This document shows positions 1-12,058 of a stretch of DNA of 24,000 nucleotides, piece after piece. The translations under genes were made by a program, and so were the position numbers. This DNA is from Salmonella enterica subsp. diarizonae (GTDB lineage Bacteria > Pseudomonadota > Gammaproteobacteria > Enterobacterales > Enterobacteriaceae). How positions within the stretch are numbered: position 1 is the first letter of the stretch; each line of letters begins with the position of its first letter. The stretch covers positions 55,580-79,579 of the forward strand of contig NZ_VXJV01000011.1 of assembly GCF_008692785.1 (NCBI RefSeq). The letters run 5' to 3'. Below the pieces are notes generated by a model, which worked only from the letters and a program-made list of their open reading frames with translations, searched no databases and had not been told where the DNA came from.

Positions 1-62
1 TTTCTGTCGCGATTCAACGAGAGACAGTTTACGATTCGGGCTGCAAACATGCGTCAGGGGGT

Positions 63-77
63 GTAAAACAACGTAAA
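63..77. promoter_or_regulatory. CpxR-P binding box (GTAAA-N5-GTAAA) in the cpxP/cpxRA divergent control region
   Basis: A direct tandem gtaaa-acaac-gtaaa lies at 63-77, 56 nt upstream of the cpxR ATG. It matches the established CpxR consensus. A further GTAAA pentamer sits on the opposite strand at 28-32. The cpxP CDS itself lies beyond the left edge of the window. Confidence 0.7.
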
Positions 78-132
78 GTCATGGATTAGCGACGCCTGAT
101 GACGTAATTTCTGCCTCGGAGGTATGTAAACA

Positions 133-831
133 ATGAATAAAATCCTGTTAGTTGATGATGACCGAGAGCTGACTTCCCTGTTAAAAGAGCTCCTCGAAAT
201 GGAAGGTTTTAATGTTCTGGTGGCCCACGACGGCGAGCAGGCGCTTGAGCTTTTGGATGACAGCATCGATTTACTTTTGCTTGACGTCATGATGCCGAAG
301 AAAAACGGTATCGATACGTTGAAGGCGCTTCGCCAGACACACCAGACGCCTGTCATTATGCTGACCGCGCGCGGCAGCGAGCTGGATCGCGTTCTCGGCC
401 TTGAGCTGGGCGCGGACGACTATTTACCTAAGCCGTTTAACGACCGCGAACTGGTAGCGCGCATCAGGGCTATTTTGCGCCGCTCCCACTGGAGCGAACA
501 GCAGCAGAGCAGCGACAATGGCTCGCCGACGCTGGAAGTCGATGCGCTAAGCCTTAATCCTGGCCGTCAGGAAGCCAGTTTCGATGGCCAAACGCTGGAA
601 CTGACCGGTACGGAATTCACCCTGCTCTATTTGCTGGCGCAACACCTCGGCCAGGTGGTTTCCCGTGAACATTTAAGTCAGGAAGTGCTGGGTAAGCGCC
701 TGACACCGTTCGATCGTGCCATTGATATGCATATTTCTAACCTGCGCCGCAAACTGCCGGAACGCAAAGACGGTCATCCGTGGTTTAAAACATTGCGTGG
801 TCGCGGCTATCTGATGGTTTCCGCTTCATGA
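133..831 (+). CDS. cpxR: OmpR-family response regulator CpxR (envelope stress)
   Basis: The 232-aa ORF has a receiver domain (LLLLDVMMP phospho-Asp context) and a winged-helix C-terminus. The N-terminus MNKILLVDDDRELTSLLKELLEMEGF is as remembered for CpxR. A GGAGG SD lies 9 nt upstream, and an ATGA stop/start overlap joins it to cpxA. Confidence 0.97.
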   Translation: MNKILLVDDDRELTSLLKELLEMEGFNVLVAHDGEQALELLDDSIDLLLLDVMMPKKNGIDTLKALRQTHQTPVIMLTARGSELDRVLGLELGADDYLPKPFNDRELVARIRAILRRSHWSEQQQSSDNGSPTLEVDALSLNPGRQEASFDGQTLELTGTEFTLLYLLAQHLGQVVSREHLSQEVLGKRLTPFDRAIDMHISNLRRKLPERKDGHPWFKTLRGRGYLMVSAS

Positions 832-2201
832 TAGGAAGTTTAACCGCGCGCATCTTCGCCATCTTCTGGTTGACGCTGGCGCTGGTGCTAATGCTGGTAC
901 TGATGTTGCCCAAGCTCGATTCACGCCAGATGACCGAGCTGATGGACAGCGAACAGCGCCAGGGATTGATGATAGAGCAACATGTAGAAGCTGAACTTGC
1001 GAACGATCCGCCCAACGACCTGATGTGGTGGCGTCGCCTGTTCCGCGCGATCGACAAGTGGGCACCGCCTGGACAGCGGTTATTACTGGTGACCTCTGAA
1101 GGACGCGTGATCGGCGCTGAACGCAGCGAAATGCAGATCATTCGTAACTTCATTGGTCAGGCGGATAACGCCGATCATCCGCAGAAGAAAAAATATGGCC
1201 GCGTAGAGATGGTCGGGCCATTCTCCGTGCGCGATGGAGAAGACAATTACCAGCTTTACCTGATTCGACCGGCCAGCAGTTCACAATCCGATTTTATTAA
1301 TCTGCTGTTTGACCGCCCGCTCCTGTTGCTGATTGTCACGATGCTGGTCAGTTCGCCGCTCTTGCTATGGCTGGCGTGGAGTCTGGCAAAACCGGCGCGT
1401 AAGTTGAAAAACGCGGCTGATGAAGTGGCGCAAGGCAACCTGCGTCAGCACCCGGAGCTGGAGGCGGGTCCGCAGGAGTTCCTCGCCGCTGGCGCCAGTT
1501 TTAACCAGATGGTGACGGCGCTGGAACGGATGATGACCTCGCAGCAGCGTTTGCTGTCAGACATCTCCCACGAGCTGCGAACGCCCCTTACGCGCCTGCA
1601 ACTGGGTACCGCGCTGCTGCGTCGTCGTAGCGGCGAAAGCAAAGAGCTGGAGCGTATTGAGACCGAAGCGCAACGTCTGGACAGCATGATCAACGACCTG
1701 CTGGTGATGTCGCGTAACCAACAGAAAAACGCGCTGGTCAGTGAAACGATGAAAGCTAATCAGCTATGGGGTGAAGTGCTGGATAACGCTGCCTTTGAAG
1801 CCGAACAGATGGGCAAGTCGTTAACGGTAAATTATCCGCCGGGGCCGTGGCCGCTCTATGGCAACCCGAACGCGCTGGAAAGCGCGCTGGAAAATATTGT
1901 CCGTAATGCGCTGCGCTATTCACACACGAAGATTGAAGTCGGCTTCTCGGTGGATAAAGACGGTATTACGATCACGGTCGATGACGACGGACCGGGCGTC
2001 AGCCCTGAAGACAGAGAGCAGATCTTCCGTCCCTTCTATCGCACCGATGAGGCGCGCGACCGTGAATCCGGCGGTACCGGCCTGGGTCTGGCGATTGTCG
2101 AAACCGCCATTCAACAGCATCGCGGCTGGGTGAAAGCGGATGACAGCCCGCTGGGGGGATTGCGGTTAGTTATCTGGCTGCCGCTATATAAACGTTCGTA
2201 A
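828..2201 (+). CDS. cpxA: Sensor histidine kinase CpxA
   Basis: The 457-aa ORF has two hydrophobic TM segments flanking a periplasmic domain, the H-box SHELRTPLTRL, and the G-box GTGLGLAIV. It is translationally coupled to cpxR. Confidence 0.97.
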   Translation: MIGSLTARIFAIFWLTLALVLMLVLMLPKLDSRQMTELMDSEQRQGLMIEQHVEAELANDPPNDLMWWRRLFRAIDKWAPPGQRLLLVTSEGRVIGAERSEMQIIRNFIGQADNADHPQKKKYGRVEMVGPFSVRDGEDNYQLYLIRPASSSQSDFINLLFDRPLLLLIVTMLVSSPLLLWLAWSLAKPARKLKNAADEVAQGNLRQHPELEAGPQEFLAAGASFNQMVTALERMMTSQQRLLSDISHELRTPLTRLQLGTALLRRRSGESKELERIETEAQRLDSMINDLLVMSRNQQKNALVSETMKANQLWGEVLDNAAFEAEQMGKSLTVNYPPGPWPLYGNPNALESALENIVRNALRYSHTKIEVGFSVDKDGITITVDDDGPGVSPEDREQIFRPFYRTDEARDRESGGTGLGLAIVETAIQQHRGWVKADDSPLGGLRLVIWLPLYKRS

Positions 2202-2211
2202 TTAACGCTGT

Positions 2212-2288
2212 GGCGCCGGATGGCGGCGTAAGCGCCTTATCCGGCCTACGGAACTCGTAGGCCCGGTAAGCGCAACGCCACCGGGCAT
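2212..2288. repeat. REP/BIME pair (two inverted REP units) between convergent cpxA and yiiM
   Basis: gccggatggcggcgtaagcgccttatccggcctac and gtaggcccggtaagcgcaacgccaccgggc are typical enterobacterial REP sequences in inverted orientation around ggaactc. Confidence 0.85.
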
Positions 2289-2292
2289 CACA

Positions 2293-2964
2293 TCAGCCCT
2301 GCAAACGTCGTGACTGATTTTCAATCTTGCCGCTCAGGCGACGCTTTTGCATGGTTCGGGTCCAGCTTTTCGATAATCCCGCCGCCGACAGCAACCGGTG
2401 ATACTGCTCATCGTCAAACGGCATATGCCAGGCAATGGCGATCGCCTCCTGCACGCTGACATCGCTCACGCGGGAAACCAGCGCCAGCGGCGCATCTGTC
2501 GCTACCTTGCCTGGCGCTATCACGCTGTAGAGCCAGCCGGTTTTACCCACGTTTTGTATCTGGCTTGCCATGTCGCTAATCGCAAAATGGTAATTGAGCT
2601 TAAAGCACGGCGAACGCGGCTGCGTTACCTGAATGAGCGCCTCTCCCCAGCGAAAAATGTCGCCGATATAAACATTTTGCTCGGTCAGACCGTCGGTGGA
2701 AAGGTTCTCGCCAAACGCCGGGGCGACAAACCGTTCCGCCAGTTCCGGAAACTCCTGCGCCCAGTAACGATAATGCTCGCGCGGATAGTGGCACAGCGCG
2801 CGGTCGGGACCGCCGTGAATTTTTTTCTCCGCCTGCTCATCACCTTCCAGACCCAGCTCCGTCAGCATGAGTTCGCCATCGACCTGCACTTTCGCGATAG
2901 CGCTGGGGCGGCTTCCCGCGTAATCCTGAATTTTGCCTGTGAATACCTCAACCGGATAATGCAT
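2293..2964 (-). CDS. yiiM: MOSC-domain protein YiiM (N-hydroxylated base analogue detoxification family)
   Basis: The 223-aa ORF has an AAGGAG SD 5 nt upstream of the ATG. The sequence and its position next to cpxA match remembered YiiM. Confidence 0.9.
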   Translation of the reverse strand: MHYPVEVFTGKIQDYAGSRPSAIAKVQVDGELMLTELGLEGDEQAEKKIHGGPDRALCHYPREHYRYWAQEFPELAERFVAPAFGENLSTDGLTEQNVYIGDIFRWGEALIQVTQPRSPCFKLNYHFAISDMASQIQNVGKTGWLYSVIAPGKVATDAPLALVSRVSDVSVQEAIAIAWHMPFDDEQYHRLLSAAGLSKSWTRTMQKRRLSGKIENQSRRLQG

Positions 2965-2985
2965 CGCGACTCCTTATGCAGATAC

Positions 2986-3012
2986 AAAAAAAGCGAGTCA
3001 TCAGACTCGCTT
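2986..3012 (-). terminator. Rho-independent terminator of sodA
   Basis: A perfect 9-bp stem aagcgagtc/gactcgctt (2991-2999 and 3004-3012) has a 4-nt loop. On the minus strand it is followed by a run of 7 T (plus-strand A run 2986-2992). It lies 22 nt downstream of the sodA stop. Confidence 0.85.
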
Positions 3013-3033
3013 CTCACGGGCTTCAATGCAACT

Positions 3034-3654
3034 TTATTTTTTCGCAGCGAAGCGGGCAGCCGCTTCATCCCAGTTCACTACGTTCCAGAACTCTTTGATA
3101 TAGTCCGGACGACGGTTCTGGAATTTCAGATAGTAAGCGTGTTCCCAGACGTCCAGACCCAGGATCGGGAAACCGGATGCGCCGGAAATGGCTTCGCCCA
3201 TCAGCGGAGAGTCCTGGTTAGCGGTAGAAACAACAGCCAGTTTATCGCCTTTCAGCACCAGCCACGCCCAGCCGGAACCAAAACGGCTGGCGGCCGCTTT
3301 TTCAAACTCTTCTTTGAATTTCTCAACAGATCTGAAATCACGCTCGATCGCCGCTTTCAGATCGCCCTGCAGAGTGGTGCCTTTTTTCAGCCCCTTCCAG
3401 AACAGGCTGTGGTTAGCGTGACCGCCCGCGTTGTTGCGCAGTACGGTTTTTTTGTCCGCGGGTAGTTGATCCAGTTTGGTGATCAGCTCTTCAGCAGACA
3501 AGTTAGCGAATTCCGGCAGACTTTCCAGCGCCGCATTGGCGTTATTCACATAAGTCTGGTGGTGTTTGGTGTGGTGAATCTCCATCGTCTGCTTATCGAA
3601 ATGCGGTTCCAGTGCATCATAAGCGTACGGCAGGGATGGCAGTGTATAACTCAT
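3034..3654 (-). CDS. sodA: Manganese superoxide dismutase
   Basis: The 206-aa ORF begins [35 protein letters not shown] and carries the Mn/Fe-SOD signature [19 protein letters not shown] lies upstream. Confidence 0.98.
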   Translation of the reverse strand: MSYTLPSLPYAYDALEPHFDKQTMEIHHTKHHQTYVNNANAALESLPEFANLSAEELITKLDQLPADKKTVLRNNAGGHANHSLFWKGLKKGTTLQGDLKAAIERDFRSVEKFKEEFEKAAASRFGSGWAWLVLKGDKLAVVSTANQDSPLMGEAISGASGFPILGLDVWEHAYYLKFQNRRPDYIKEFWNVVNWDEAAARFAAKK

Positions 3655-3711
3655 ATTCCTCTCCAGTATTGTCGAGCGGCCGGGTGTTAACGCCGCGTAA
3701 GCAGTTGGTTC

Positions 3712-3747
3712 ATTATAGTTAATTAAATGATATTGAAAATGATTATC
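3712..3747 (-). promoter_or_regulatory. sodA promoter: -10 TATAAT plus Fur box
   Basis: The minus strand reads TATAAT at 3712-3717. Directly upstream, 3726-3747 (aatgatattgaaaatgattatc) contains gaaaatgattatc, which matches the Fur consensus core GATAATGATTATC. Fur repression of sodA is established in E. coli. Confidence 0.7.
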
Positions 3748-3791
3748 AATGCCGTACTTTTCGTAAGGATATAATTTTTCATAACATTGCC

Positions 3792-3891
3792 TAAGATGTG
3801 AGCCAAATCACCCACTTATCCTGATGATTGCCAGGAAGATCGGAACGACGGCAACTGGCGAAAGGTTAATCATCTGCGCACTTTTTACACT
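3792..3891 (+). promoter_or_regulatory. rhaT promoter: CRP site, RhaS site, -10
   Basis: TGTGA-N6-TCAC lies at 3797-3811. A tract ending cgaaagg (to 3865) parallels the PrhaBAD RhaS site ending gagaagg. tttttacact (-10 tacact, 3886-3891) lies exactly 20 nt after aagg, the same spacing as in PrhaBAD in this window. Confidence 0.65.
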
Positions 3892-3940
3892 CGTCTCATC
3901 GCAGCAGTAACAAGACGATAAAAACGACGAGGATTAAGTG

Positions 3941-4975
3941 ATGAGTAACGCGATTACGATGGGTATTTTCTGGCATTTGATAGGTGCGACCAGTGCAGCC
4001 TGCTTCTATGCCCCGTTCAAGCAAGTGAAACAGTGGTCATGGGAAACCATGTGGTCAGTGGGCGGCATTGTCTCCTGGCTTATTCTGCCGTGGACAATTA
4101 GCGCCCTCTTACTGCCCGATTTCTGGGCCTATTATGGACAGTTTAACCTCTCCACCCTTTTACCGGTTTTTCTGTTCGGCGCCATGTGGGGCATCGGCAA
4201 TATTAATTACGGTCTGACCATGCGTTATCTCGGGATGTCGATGGGTATCGGCATCGCTATCGGCATTACGCTTATCGTCGGCACGCTGATGACGCCTGTC
4301 ATCAACGGTAACGTCGAGGTGTTAATCCATACCGAAGGGGGACGCATGACGCTACTTGGCGTTTTTGTCGCGCTGATCGGCGTCGGAATTGTGACGCGCG
4401 CCGGACAGTTAAAAGAACGCAAAATGGGCATTAAAGCAGAGGAGTTCAATCTGAAGAAAGGGCTTCTGCTGGCAGTAATGTGCGGTATTTTCTCGGCGGG
4501 GATGTCCTTTGCCATGAACGCGGCTAAACCGATGCATGAGGCCGCTGCCGCGCTTGGCGTTGACCCGCTCTATGCTGCGCTGCCGAGTTACGTAGTGATT
4601 ATGGGCGGCGGCGCGCTGGTTAACCTCGGTTTCTGTTTTATCCGCCTGGCAAAAGTACAAAATCTGTCGATAAAAGCCGACTTCTCGCTGGCAAGGCCGT
4701 TGATTATCAGCAATATTCTGCTGTCCGCGCTTGGCGGTCTGATGTGGTATTTACAGTTCTTTTTCTATGCCTGGGGTCACGCGCGCATTCCGGCGCAATA
4801 TGACTACATGAGCTGGATGCTGCACATGAGCTTCTATGTGCTGTGCGGGGGGCTGGTCGGTCTGGTGCTAAAAGAGTGGAAAAATGCTGGTCGCCGTCCC
4901 GTTGGCGTCTTAAGCCTCGGCTGCGTGGTAATTATTATCGCGGCGAATATTGTCGGTTTAGGCATGGCCAGCTAA
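3941..4975 (+). CDS. rhaT: L-rhamnose:H+ symporter
   Basis: This is a polytopic membrane protein. The track starts at GTG 3938, but ATG 3941 gives the 344-aa [16 protein letters not shown]-terminus remembered for RhaT. Confidence 0.95.
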   Translation: MSNAITMGIFWHLIGATSAACFYAPFKQVKQWSWETMWSVGGIVSWLILPWTISALLLPDFWAYYGQFNLSTLLPVFLFGAMWGIGNINYGLTMRYLGMSMGIGIAIGITLIVGTLMTPVINGNVEVLIHTEGGRMTLLGVFVALIGVGIVTRAGQLKERKMGIKAEEFNLKKGLLLAVMCGIFSAGMSFAMNAAKPMHEAAAALGVDPLYAALPSYVVIMGGGALVNLGFCFIRLAKVQNLSIKADFSLARPLIISNILLSALGGLMWYLQFFFYAWGHARIPAQYDYMSWMLHMSFYVLCGGLVGLVLKEWKNAGRRPVGVLSLGCVVIIIAANIVGLGMAS

Positions 4976-5820
4976 TCGCTTTGATTACTGAGATGACGCC
5001 ACTGGCTCGGCGTCATCCCGGTTTCCCGCGTGAACACCACTGAAAAATAGTTACTATCTTCAAAACCGCACTGCATCGAAATCTCGCTAACCATCAGCGG
5101 GCTATGCTGAAGCAGATACTGCGCGTGGCAGATACGGATCTGGCGTAAGTATTGGTTAATCGTCATCCCGGTTTGGGCGCGAAACTGCTGCCGCAGCACC
5201 CGTTCGCTACATTGTTCCTGCTGGCAAAACGCATCCAACGCAAAGGGACGCTCAAGGCTATTAGCCAAAGCGGTAATTAATTTATCCAACAGGGTTTCTC
5301 TGGAGGTTGCCGGAAGATCGTCGGTCGCGTAGCGATGCCGTTTTAACGTCATCACCAGTTGACCAAACAGCAATTCCGCCATCTCATTCGCCAGCGGATC
5401 GCGTCCATTATTCTCATGTTCAAGCTGGTTAATGACCTGCCGCGCCTGATTCATTCCCATACTGCCCAGCCGCCAGTGAGGATGCCACTGCGCTCCCTGA
5501 AAGCCGGGAATCATCGCCTGCCAGTTTACATTGAGTTTCAAACGCTCCGGGCAGTAAATGATATTTTGCAGCACCAGATCGTTAACGGAGGTATAGGAGT
5601 GTTTGTCTTCAGCACGAATGTAAAACAGATCGCCGCGGGTAATTCTATATGGACGGTCATTAAGAACGTGTAGGCCGTTGCCCCGCCAGACCATCACCAG
5701 TTCACAAAACTCATGCGTATGTTCCGCAAAAACATCCTGTGGATAGCGATCGGCAACCGTAACGGCCTGCTGCTCATCAGTAAAAAAATCTTTTTTCAAA
5801 AGGATTAACTGATTTGCCAC
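4972..5820 (-). CDS. rhaR: AraC-family L-rhamnose-responsive activator RhaR
   Basis: The 282-aa ORF has a cupin-type N-domain and two C-terminal HTH motifs ([23 protein letters not shown]). It uses a GTG start with a GAGGTG SD 6 nt upstream. It matches remembered RhaR closely. Confidence 0.93.
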   Translation of the reverse strand: MANQLILLKKDFFTDEQQAVTVADRYPQDVFAEHTHEFCELVMVWRGNGLHVLNDRPYRITRGDLFYIRAEDKHSYTSVNDLVLQNIIYCPERLKLNVNWQAMIPGFQGAQWHPHWRLGSMGMNQARQVINQLEHENNGRDPLANEMAELLFGQLVMTLKRHRYATDDLPATSRETLLDKLITALANSLERPFALDAFCQQEQCSERVLRQQFRAQTGMTINQYLRQIRICHAQYLLQHSPLMVSEISMQCGFEDSNYFSVVFTRETGMTPSQWRHLSNQSD

Positions 5821-5843
5821 CGCAGCACCTCACGTTGAATGCT

Positions 5844-5918
5844 TGCCGGTTGGCGCTACGCTTATCCTGTCTACCGCTCGCCGCCGTAGGCCAGGTAAGG
5901 CGCAGCCGCCATCCGGCA
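5844..5918. repeat. REP/BIME pair inside the rhaS-rhaR intercistronic spacer
   Basis: tgccggttggcgctacgcttatcctgtctac and gtaggccaggtaaggcgcagccgccatccggca are inverted REP-type units within the 153-nt gap between the rhaS stop (5974) and the rhaR start (5820). Confidence 0.8.
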
Positions 5919-5973
5919 TTAAAGGGTATAATTATCAGCACATTGGCGACGAAAAACGTTGATAGCGTTTGCG

Positions 5974-6810
5974 TTACTGGAGTATCGCATCGCGTCCCTG
6001 ACGGATATCCCGCGGCGACCAGTTAAATTCGCGGCGAAACAGAGTCGAAAAGTGGTTACTGTCGCCAAAACCGCAGCTATACGCGATTTCTGTCACGCTA
6101 TGATCGCTATGGCGCAATAAATGCCGGGCTTTGATCAAACGCAGGCGATTAAGGTAACGTTGCGGCGTCAGCCCGGTATGCTGCTTAAGCTGACGATGCA
6201 GCGTACGTAGCGACAGCGAAAACTGTTCAGCTACCGCCTCCCAGCAGACCTCCTCCGCAAAATGGTCTTCCAGCCATGCCATCAGTTGGTTAAGTTTGGC
6301 GTCGTTATCGGTCGCGCCTTCCATCAGGCTACTGCGGCGTAACAATACCAGTAGTTGCATAAACAAAATTTCGCGATTCGCCACGGCAGGCGCATCCATG
6401 CCGTCTCCGGCGCGCTCCATCAATCCGACCAACTGGCGCACCTGCTGCAACGCGCTCTGATTCACCCGCCAGTGAGAAGGATAGTAACCATCCTGCTCCT
6501 GCGGCAGCAATTGCTCCAGCCCCGCCAGGAACTGAAAGGCTTGCGGCGAACGCCACAGTACGTTCGTCAGGCATAAGTTGTCGGTATGTTCATATAAATG
6601 CCGGTCGTGATCGCGAACAAAACACACGGTACCGCCGCTAATGGTATACGGCAGCCCGTTGAATACATGGATGCCCGTACCGTGTTCCACAATCACAATT
6701 TCATGGAAATCATGATGATGTTCAGGGAAAGCGGCTTGCGGCAGACGAGGTTCAATCGCCACGGGAGCTTTACCTGATGGAAAAAAATCCACGCTATGCA
6801 GTACCGTCAT
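5974..6810 (-). CDS. rhaS: AraC-family L-rhamnose-responsive activator RhaS
   Basis: The track ORF (321 aa) is over-extended. The ATG at 6810 gives 278 aa starting [25 protein letters not shown], as remembered for RhaS. The C-terminal HTH is [21 protein letters not shown]. Confidence 0.93.
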   Translation of the reverse strand: MTVLHSVDFFPSGKAPVAIEPRLPQAAFPEHHHDFHEIVIVEHGTGIHVFNGLPYTISGGTVCFVRDHDRHLYEHTDNLCLTNVLWRSPQAFQFLAGLEQLLPQEQDGYYPSHWRVNQSALQQVRQLVGLMERAGDGMDAPAVANREILFMQLLVLLRRSSLMEGATDNDAKLNQLMAWLEDHFAEEVCWEAVAEQFSLSLRTLHRQLKQHTGLTPQRYLNRLRLIKARHLLRHSDHSVTEIAYSCGFGDSNHFSTLFRREFNWSPRDIRQGRDAILQ

Positions 6811-6938
6811 GATGTATCCCTTCCTGATGAATGAAACTGACTGAAGCCGTTCGCCCAAAAGGCGCGCCAGCCTCGCCTCCAGGCGTTTTCGCCGAATTTC
6901 TCCGGCCTGGTGATAGTAATTAAGGGTTATCGGTCTCA

Positions 6939-6988
6939 CCTTAAATTTTTGACGCTAAAGCGCGCAAACATGGTCTTTTTTTCAAGAA
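6939..6988 (-). promoter_or_regulatory. RhaR binding region of the rhaSR promoter
   Basis: The minus strand reads ttcttgaaaaaaagacc ...(16 nt)... gcgtcaaaaatttaagg. These are two A-rich half-sites that resemble the remembered E. coli RhaR half-sites ATCTTGAAAAATCGACG and CCGTCGAAAATTTAAGG. The position upstream of rhaS is appropriate. Confidence 0.55.
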
Positions 6989-7041
6989 AAGGCGGGAAAA
7001 AGCGGGAAATGCGGACGACATCACACCGGCCTATTAGTAGA

Positions 7042-9894
<2,853 letters not shown>

Positions 9895-9905
9895 ACATCA
9901 CAAAT

Positions 9906-9937
9906 TGTAGGCGGATAAGGCGCTTATCCGGCCTACA
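9906..9937. repeat. Single REP-like palindromic unit between rhaA and rhaD
   Basis: tgtaggcggataaggcgcttatccggcctaca is a near-perfect hairpin (tgtaggc/gcctaca and ggataag/cttatcc) of REP type. Confidence 0.75.
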
Positions 9938-9978
9938 TGACATCCGAGAGGTTTCGGATAATCAACAGGAACACGAAC

Positions 9979-10806
9979 ATGCAAAATATTACCGATTCCT
10001 GGTTTGTCCAGGGCATGATTAAAGCCACGTCTGATGCGTGGCTAAAAGGGTGGGACGAACGTAATGGCGGTAACCTGACGCTACGTGTGGATGAAGCCGA
10101 TATCGCGCCTTTTGCGGCTAATTTCCACGAAAAACCACGCTATATCGCGCTAAATCAACCAATGCCGCTGCTGGCGAATACACCGTTTGTCGTTACCGGC
10201 TCCGGCAAATTTTTTCGCAACGTTCAGCTCGATCCGGCAGCCAATTTAGGCGTGGTTAAAATTGACAGCGACGGCGCAGGCTACCACATTCTGTGGGGCT
10301 TAACCCATGACGCCGTACCCACCTCTGAACTCCCGGCGCATTTCCTCTCCCACTGTGAACGCATCAAAGCCACCCACGGCAAAGACCGCGTCATTATGCA
10401 TTGCCATGCGACTAACCTGATCGCCCTCACCTACGTGCTGGAAAACAACACTGCGCTGATTACCCGCAAACTGTGGGAAGGCAGCACCGAATGCCTGGTG
10501 GTATTCCCGGACGGTGTCGGCATTCTGCCGTGGATGGTGCCAGGCACCGATGAAATCGGCCAGGCCACCGCGCAAGAAATGCAGAAACATTCGCTGGTAC
10601 TGTGGCCGTTCCACGGCGTGTTCGGAAGCGGACCTACGCTGGATGAAACCTTCGGTTTGATCGATACCGCAGAGAAATCCGCTGAGGTATTAGTCAAAAT
10701 CTATTCGATGGGCGGTATGAAACAGACGATCGCGCGTGACGAGCTGGCGGCGCTCGCTAAACGCTTTGGCGTGACCCCGCTGGCCAGCGCCATAGCGCTG
10801 TATTGA
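9979..10806 (+). CDS. rhaD: Rhamnulose-1-phosphate aldolase (class II aldolase)
   Basis: The track ORF is over-extended by 14 codons. ATG 9979 gives 275 aa starting [36 protein letters not shown], as remembered for RhaD. Confidence 0.95.
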   Translation: MQNITDSWFVQGMIKATSDAWLKGWDERNGGNLTLRVDEADIAPFAANFHEKPRYIALNQPMPLLANTPFVVTGSGKFFRNVQLDPAANLGVVKIDSDGAGYHILWGLTHDAVPTSELPAHFLSHCERIKATHGKDRVIMHCHATNLIALTYVLENNTALITRKLWEGSTECLVVFPDGVGILPWMVPGTDEIGQATAQEMQKHSLVLWPFHGVFGSGPTLDETFGLIDTAEKSAEVLVKIYSMGGMKQTIARDELAALAKRFGVTPLASAIALY

Positions 10807-10816
10807 TATCCCAGAG

Positions 10817-10880
10817 CCGGATGGCGGCTGTTGCCTTATCCGGTCTACATTCCAGCGTAGCGCCATCGGGCGACAACGCA
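10817..10880. repeat. REP/BIME-like element between rhaD and the downstream dehydrogenase gene
   Basis: gccggatggcggctgttgccttatccggtctac is followed by a partial inverted unit gtagcgccatcgggcgacaacgc. Confidence 0.7.
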
Positions 10881-10909
10881 ATAGGGATCTATTTTCAAGG
10901 AGAATGTTT

Positions 10910-12058
10910 ATGAGCTTTATGTTGGCATTGCCGAAAATCAGCCTGCACGGTGCAGGGGCCATTGGCGATATGGTCAATCTGGTCGCCAATAAGCAATGGG
11001 GCAAAGCGCTGATCGTCACCGACGGTCAACTGGTCAAACTTGGCCTGTTAGACAGCCTGTTTAGCGCGCTGGATGCGCATAACATGCCTTACCATCTGTT
11101 CGATGACGTCTTCCCGAATCCAACGGAAGCGTTGGTGCAAAAAGGGTTTGCGGCCTGGCAGGACGCGAACTGCGACTACATTATCGCCTTCGGCGGCGGC
11201 AGCCCAATCGATACTGCAAAAGCAGTGAAAATACTTACCGCCAACCCTGGTCCTTCCATCGCCTACTCCGGCGTCGGCAAAGTGAAAAACGCTGGCGTAC
11301 CGCTGGTAGCGATTAATACCACGGCAGGCACCGCGGCGGAAATGACCAGCAATGCGGTTATCATCGACTCCGGGCGTCAGGTAAAAGAAGTCATTATCGA
11401 TCCGAACATCATCCCGGATATCGCGGTGGATGACGCCAGCGTCATGCTGGAGATCCCCGCTTCTGTGACCGCCGCGACCGGGATGGATGCGCTCACCCAC
11501 GCGGTGGAAGCCTATGTTTCTGTCGGCGCGCATCCGCTTACCGACGCCAATGCGCTGGAAGCGATTCGCCTGATTAGCCAGTGGCTGCCGAAAGCGGTTG
11601 ATGACGGTCATAATCTCGGCGCGCGCGAGCAGATGGCATTCGGCCAGTACCTGGCGGGTATGGCGTTCAACAGCGCCGGTTTGGGGCTGGTTCACGCGCT
11701 GGCGCACCAGCCGGGCGCAACCCACAACCTGCCGCACGGCGTCTGCAACGCTATCCTGCTGCCAATTGTCGAGAACTTTAACCGTCCGAACGCCATCGCG
11801 CGTTTTGCCCGCCTCGCACAGGCGATGGGCGTGGATACGCGTGGTATGTCTGACGAAGCCGCAAGCCAGGAAGCGATTAACGCTATCCGCACGCTGAGCA
11901 AACGCGTCGGCATTCCAGAAGGTTTCAACAAGCTGGGCGTCACCAAAGAAGATATCGAAGGCTGGCTGGATAAAGCCCTCGCCGACCCGTGCGCGCCGTG
12001 TAACCCGCGCGCCGCCAGCCGCGATGAAGTTCGCGAGCTGTACCTGGAGGCGTTATGA
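10910..12058 (+). CDS. Iron-containing (group III) alcohol dehydrogenase, FucO-like putative L-lactaldehyde reductase
   Basis: The ORF shows family motifs: [10 protein letters not shown] (NAD-binding glycine-rich loop), TTAGTAAE, and the metal histidines in ALTHAVEAY and [14 protein letters not shown]. It is colinear with remembered E. coli FucO (382 aa). An AAGGAG SD at 10897-10902 favours ATG 10910 (382 aa) over the track start 10904. Its stop overlaps the rhaM ATG (ATGA). Confidence 0.85.
   Translation: MSFMLALPKISLHGAGAIGDMVNLVANKQWGKALIVTDGQLVKLGLLDSLFSALDAHNMPYHLFDDVFPNPTEALVQKGFAAWQDANCDYIIAFGGGSPIDTAKAVKILTANPGPSIAYSGVGKVKNAGVPLVAINTTAGTAAEMTSNAVIIDSGRQVKEVIIDPNIIPDIAVDDASVMLEIPASVTAATGMDALTHAVEAYVSVGAHPLTDANALEAIRLISQWLPKAVDDGHNLGAREQMAFGQYLAGMAFNSAGLGLVHALAHQPGATHNLPHGVCNAILLPIVENFNRPNAIARFARLAQAMGVDTRGMSDEAASQEAINAIRTLSKRVGIPEGFNKLGVTKEDIEGWLDKALADPCAPCNPRAASRDEVRELYLEAL

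Noticed and set aside
54-356. 100-aa minus-strand ORF at the left edge that could be mistaken for cpxP
   Set aside because: It is antisense to cpxR and does not resemble CpxP (MRIVTAAVMAS...). The real cpxP start lies beyond position 1; only its promoter region is in the window.
2398-3465. Long 355-aa plus-strand ORF
   Set aside because: It runs antisense across two well-supported genes (yiiM and sodA) and their intergenic terminator. Its composition is low-complexity and Arg/Leu-rich, as is typical of antisense frames. It has no SD and no recognisable domain.
6811-6939. N-terminal extensions offered by the ORF track: rhaS +43 aa, rhaB +10, rhaA +2, rhaD +14, XRE regulator +22, DUF1471 +34, frvX TTG +2, rhaT GTG +1, ADH +2
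   Set aside because: The extensions read through promoter or REP DNA and lack SD sequences. Internal ATGs with good SD spacing reproduce the remembered ortholog N-termini and lengths.
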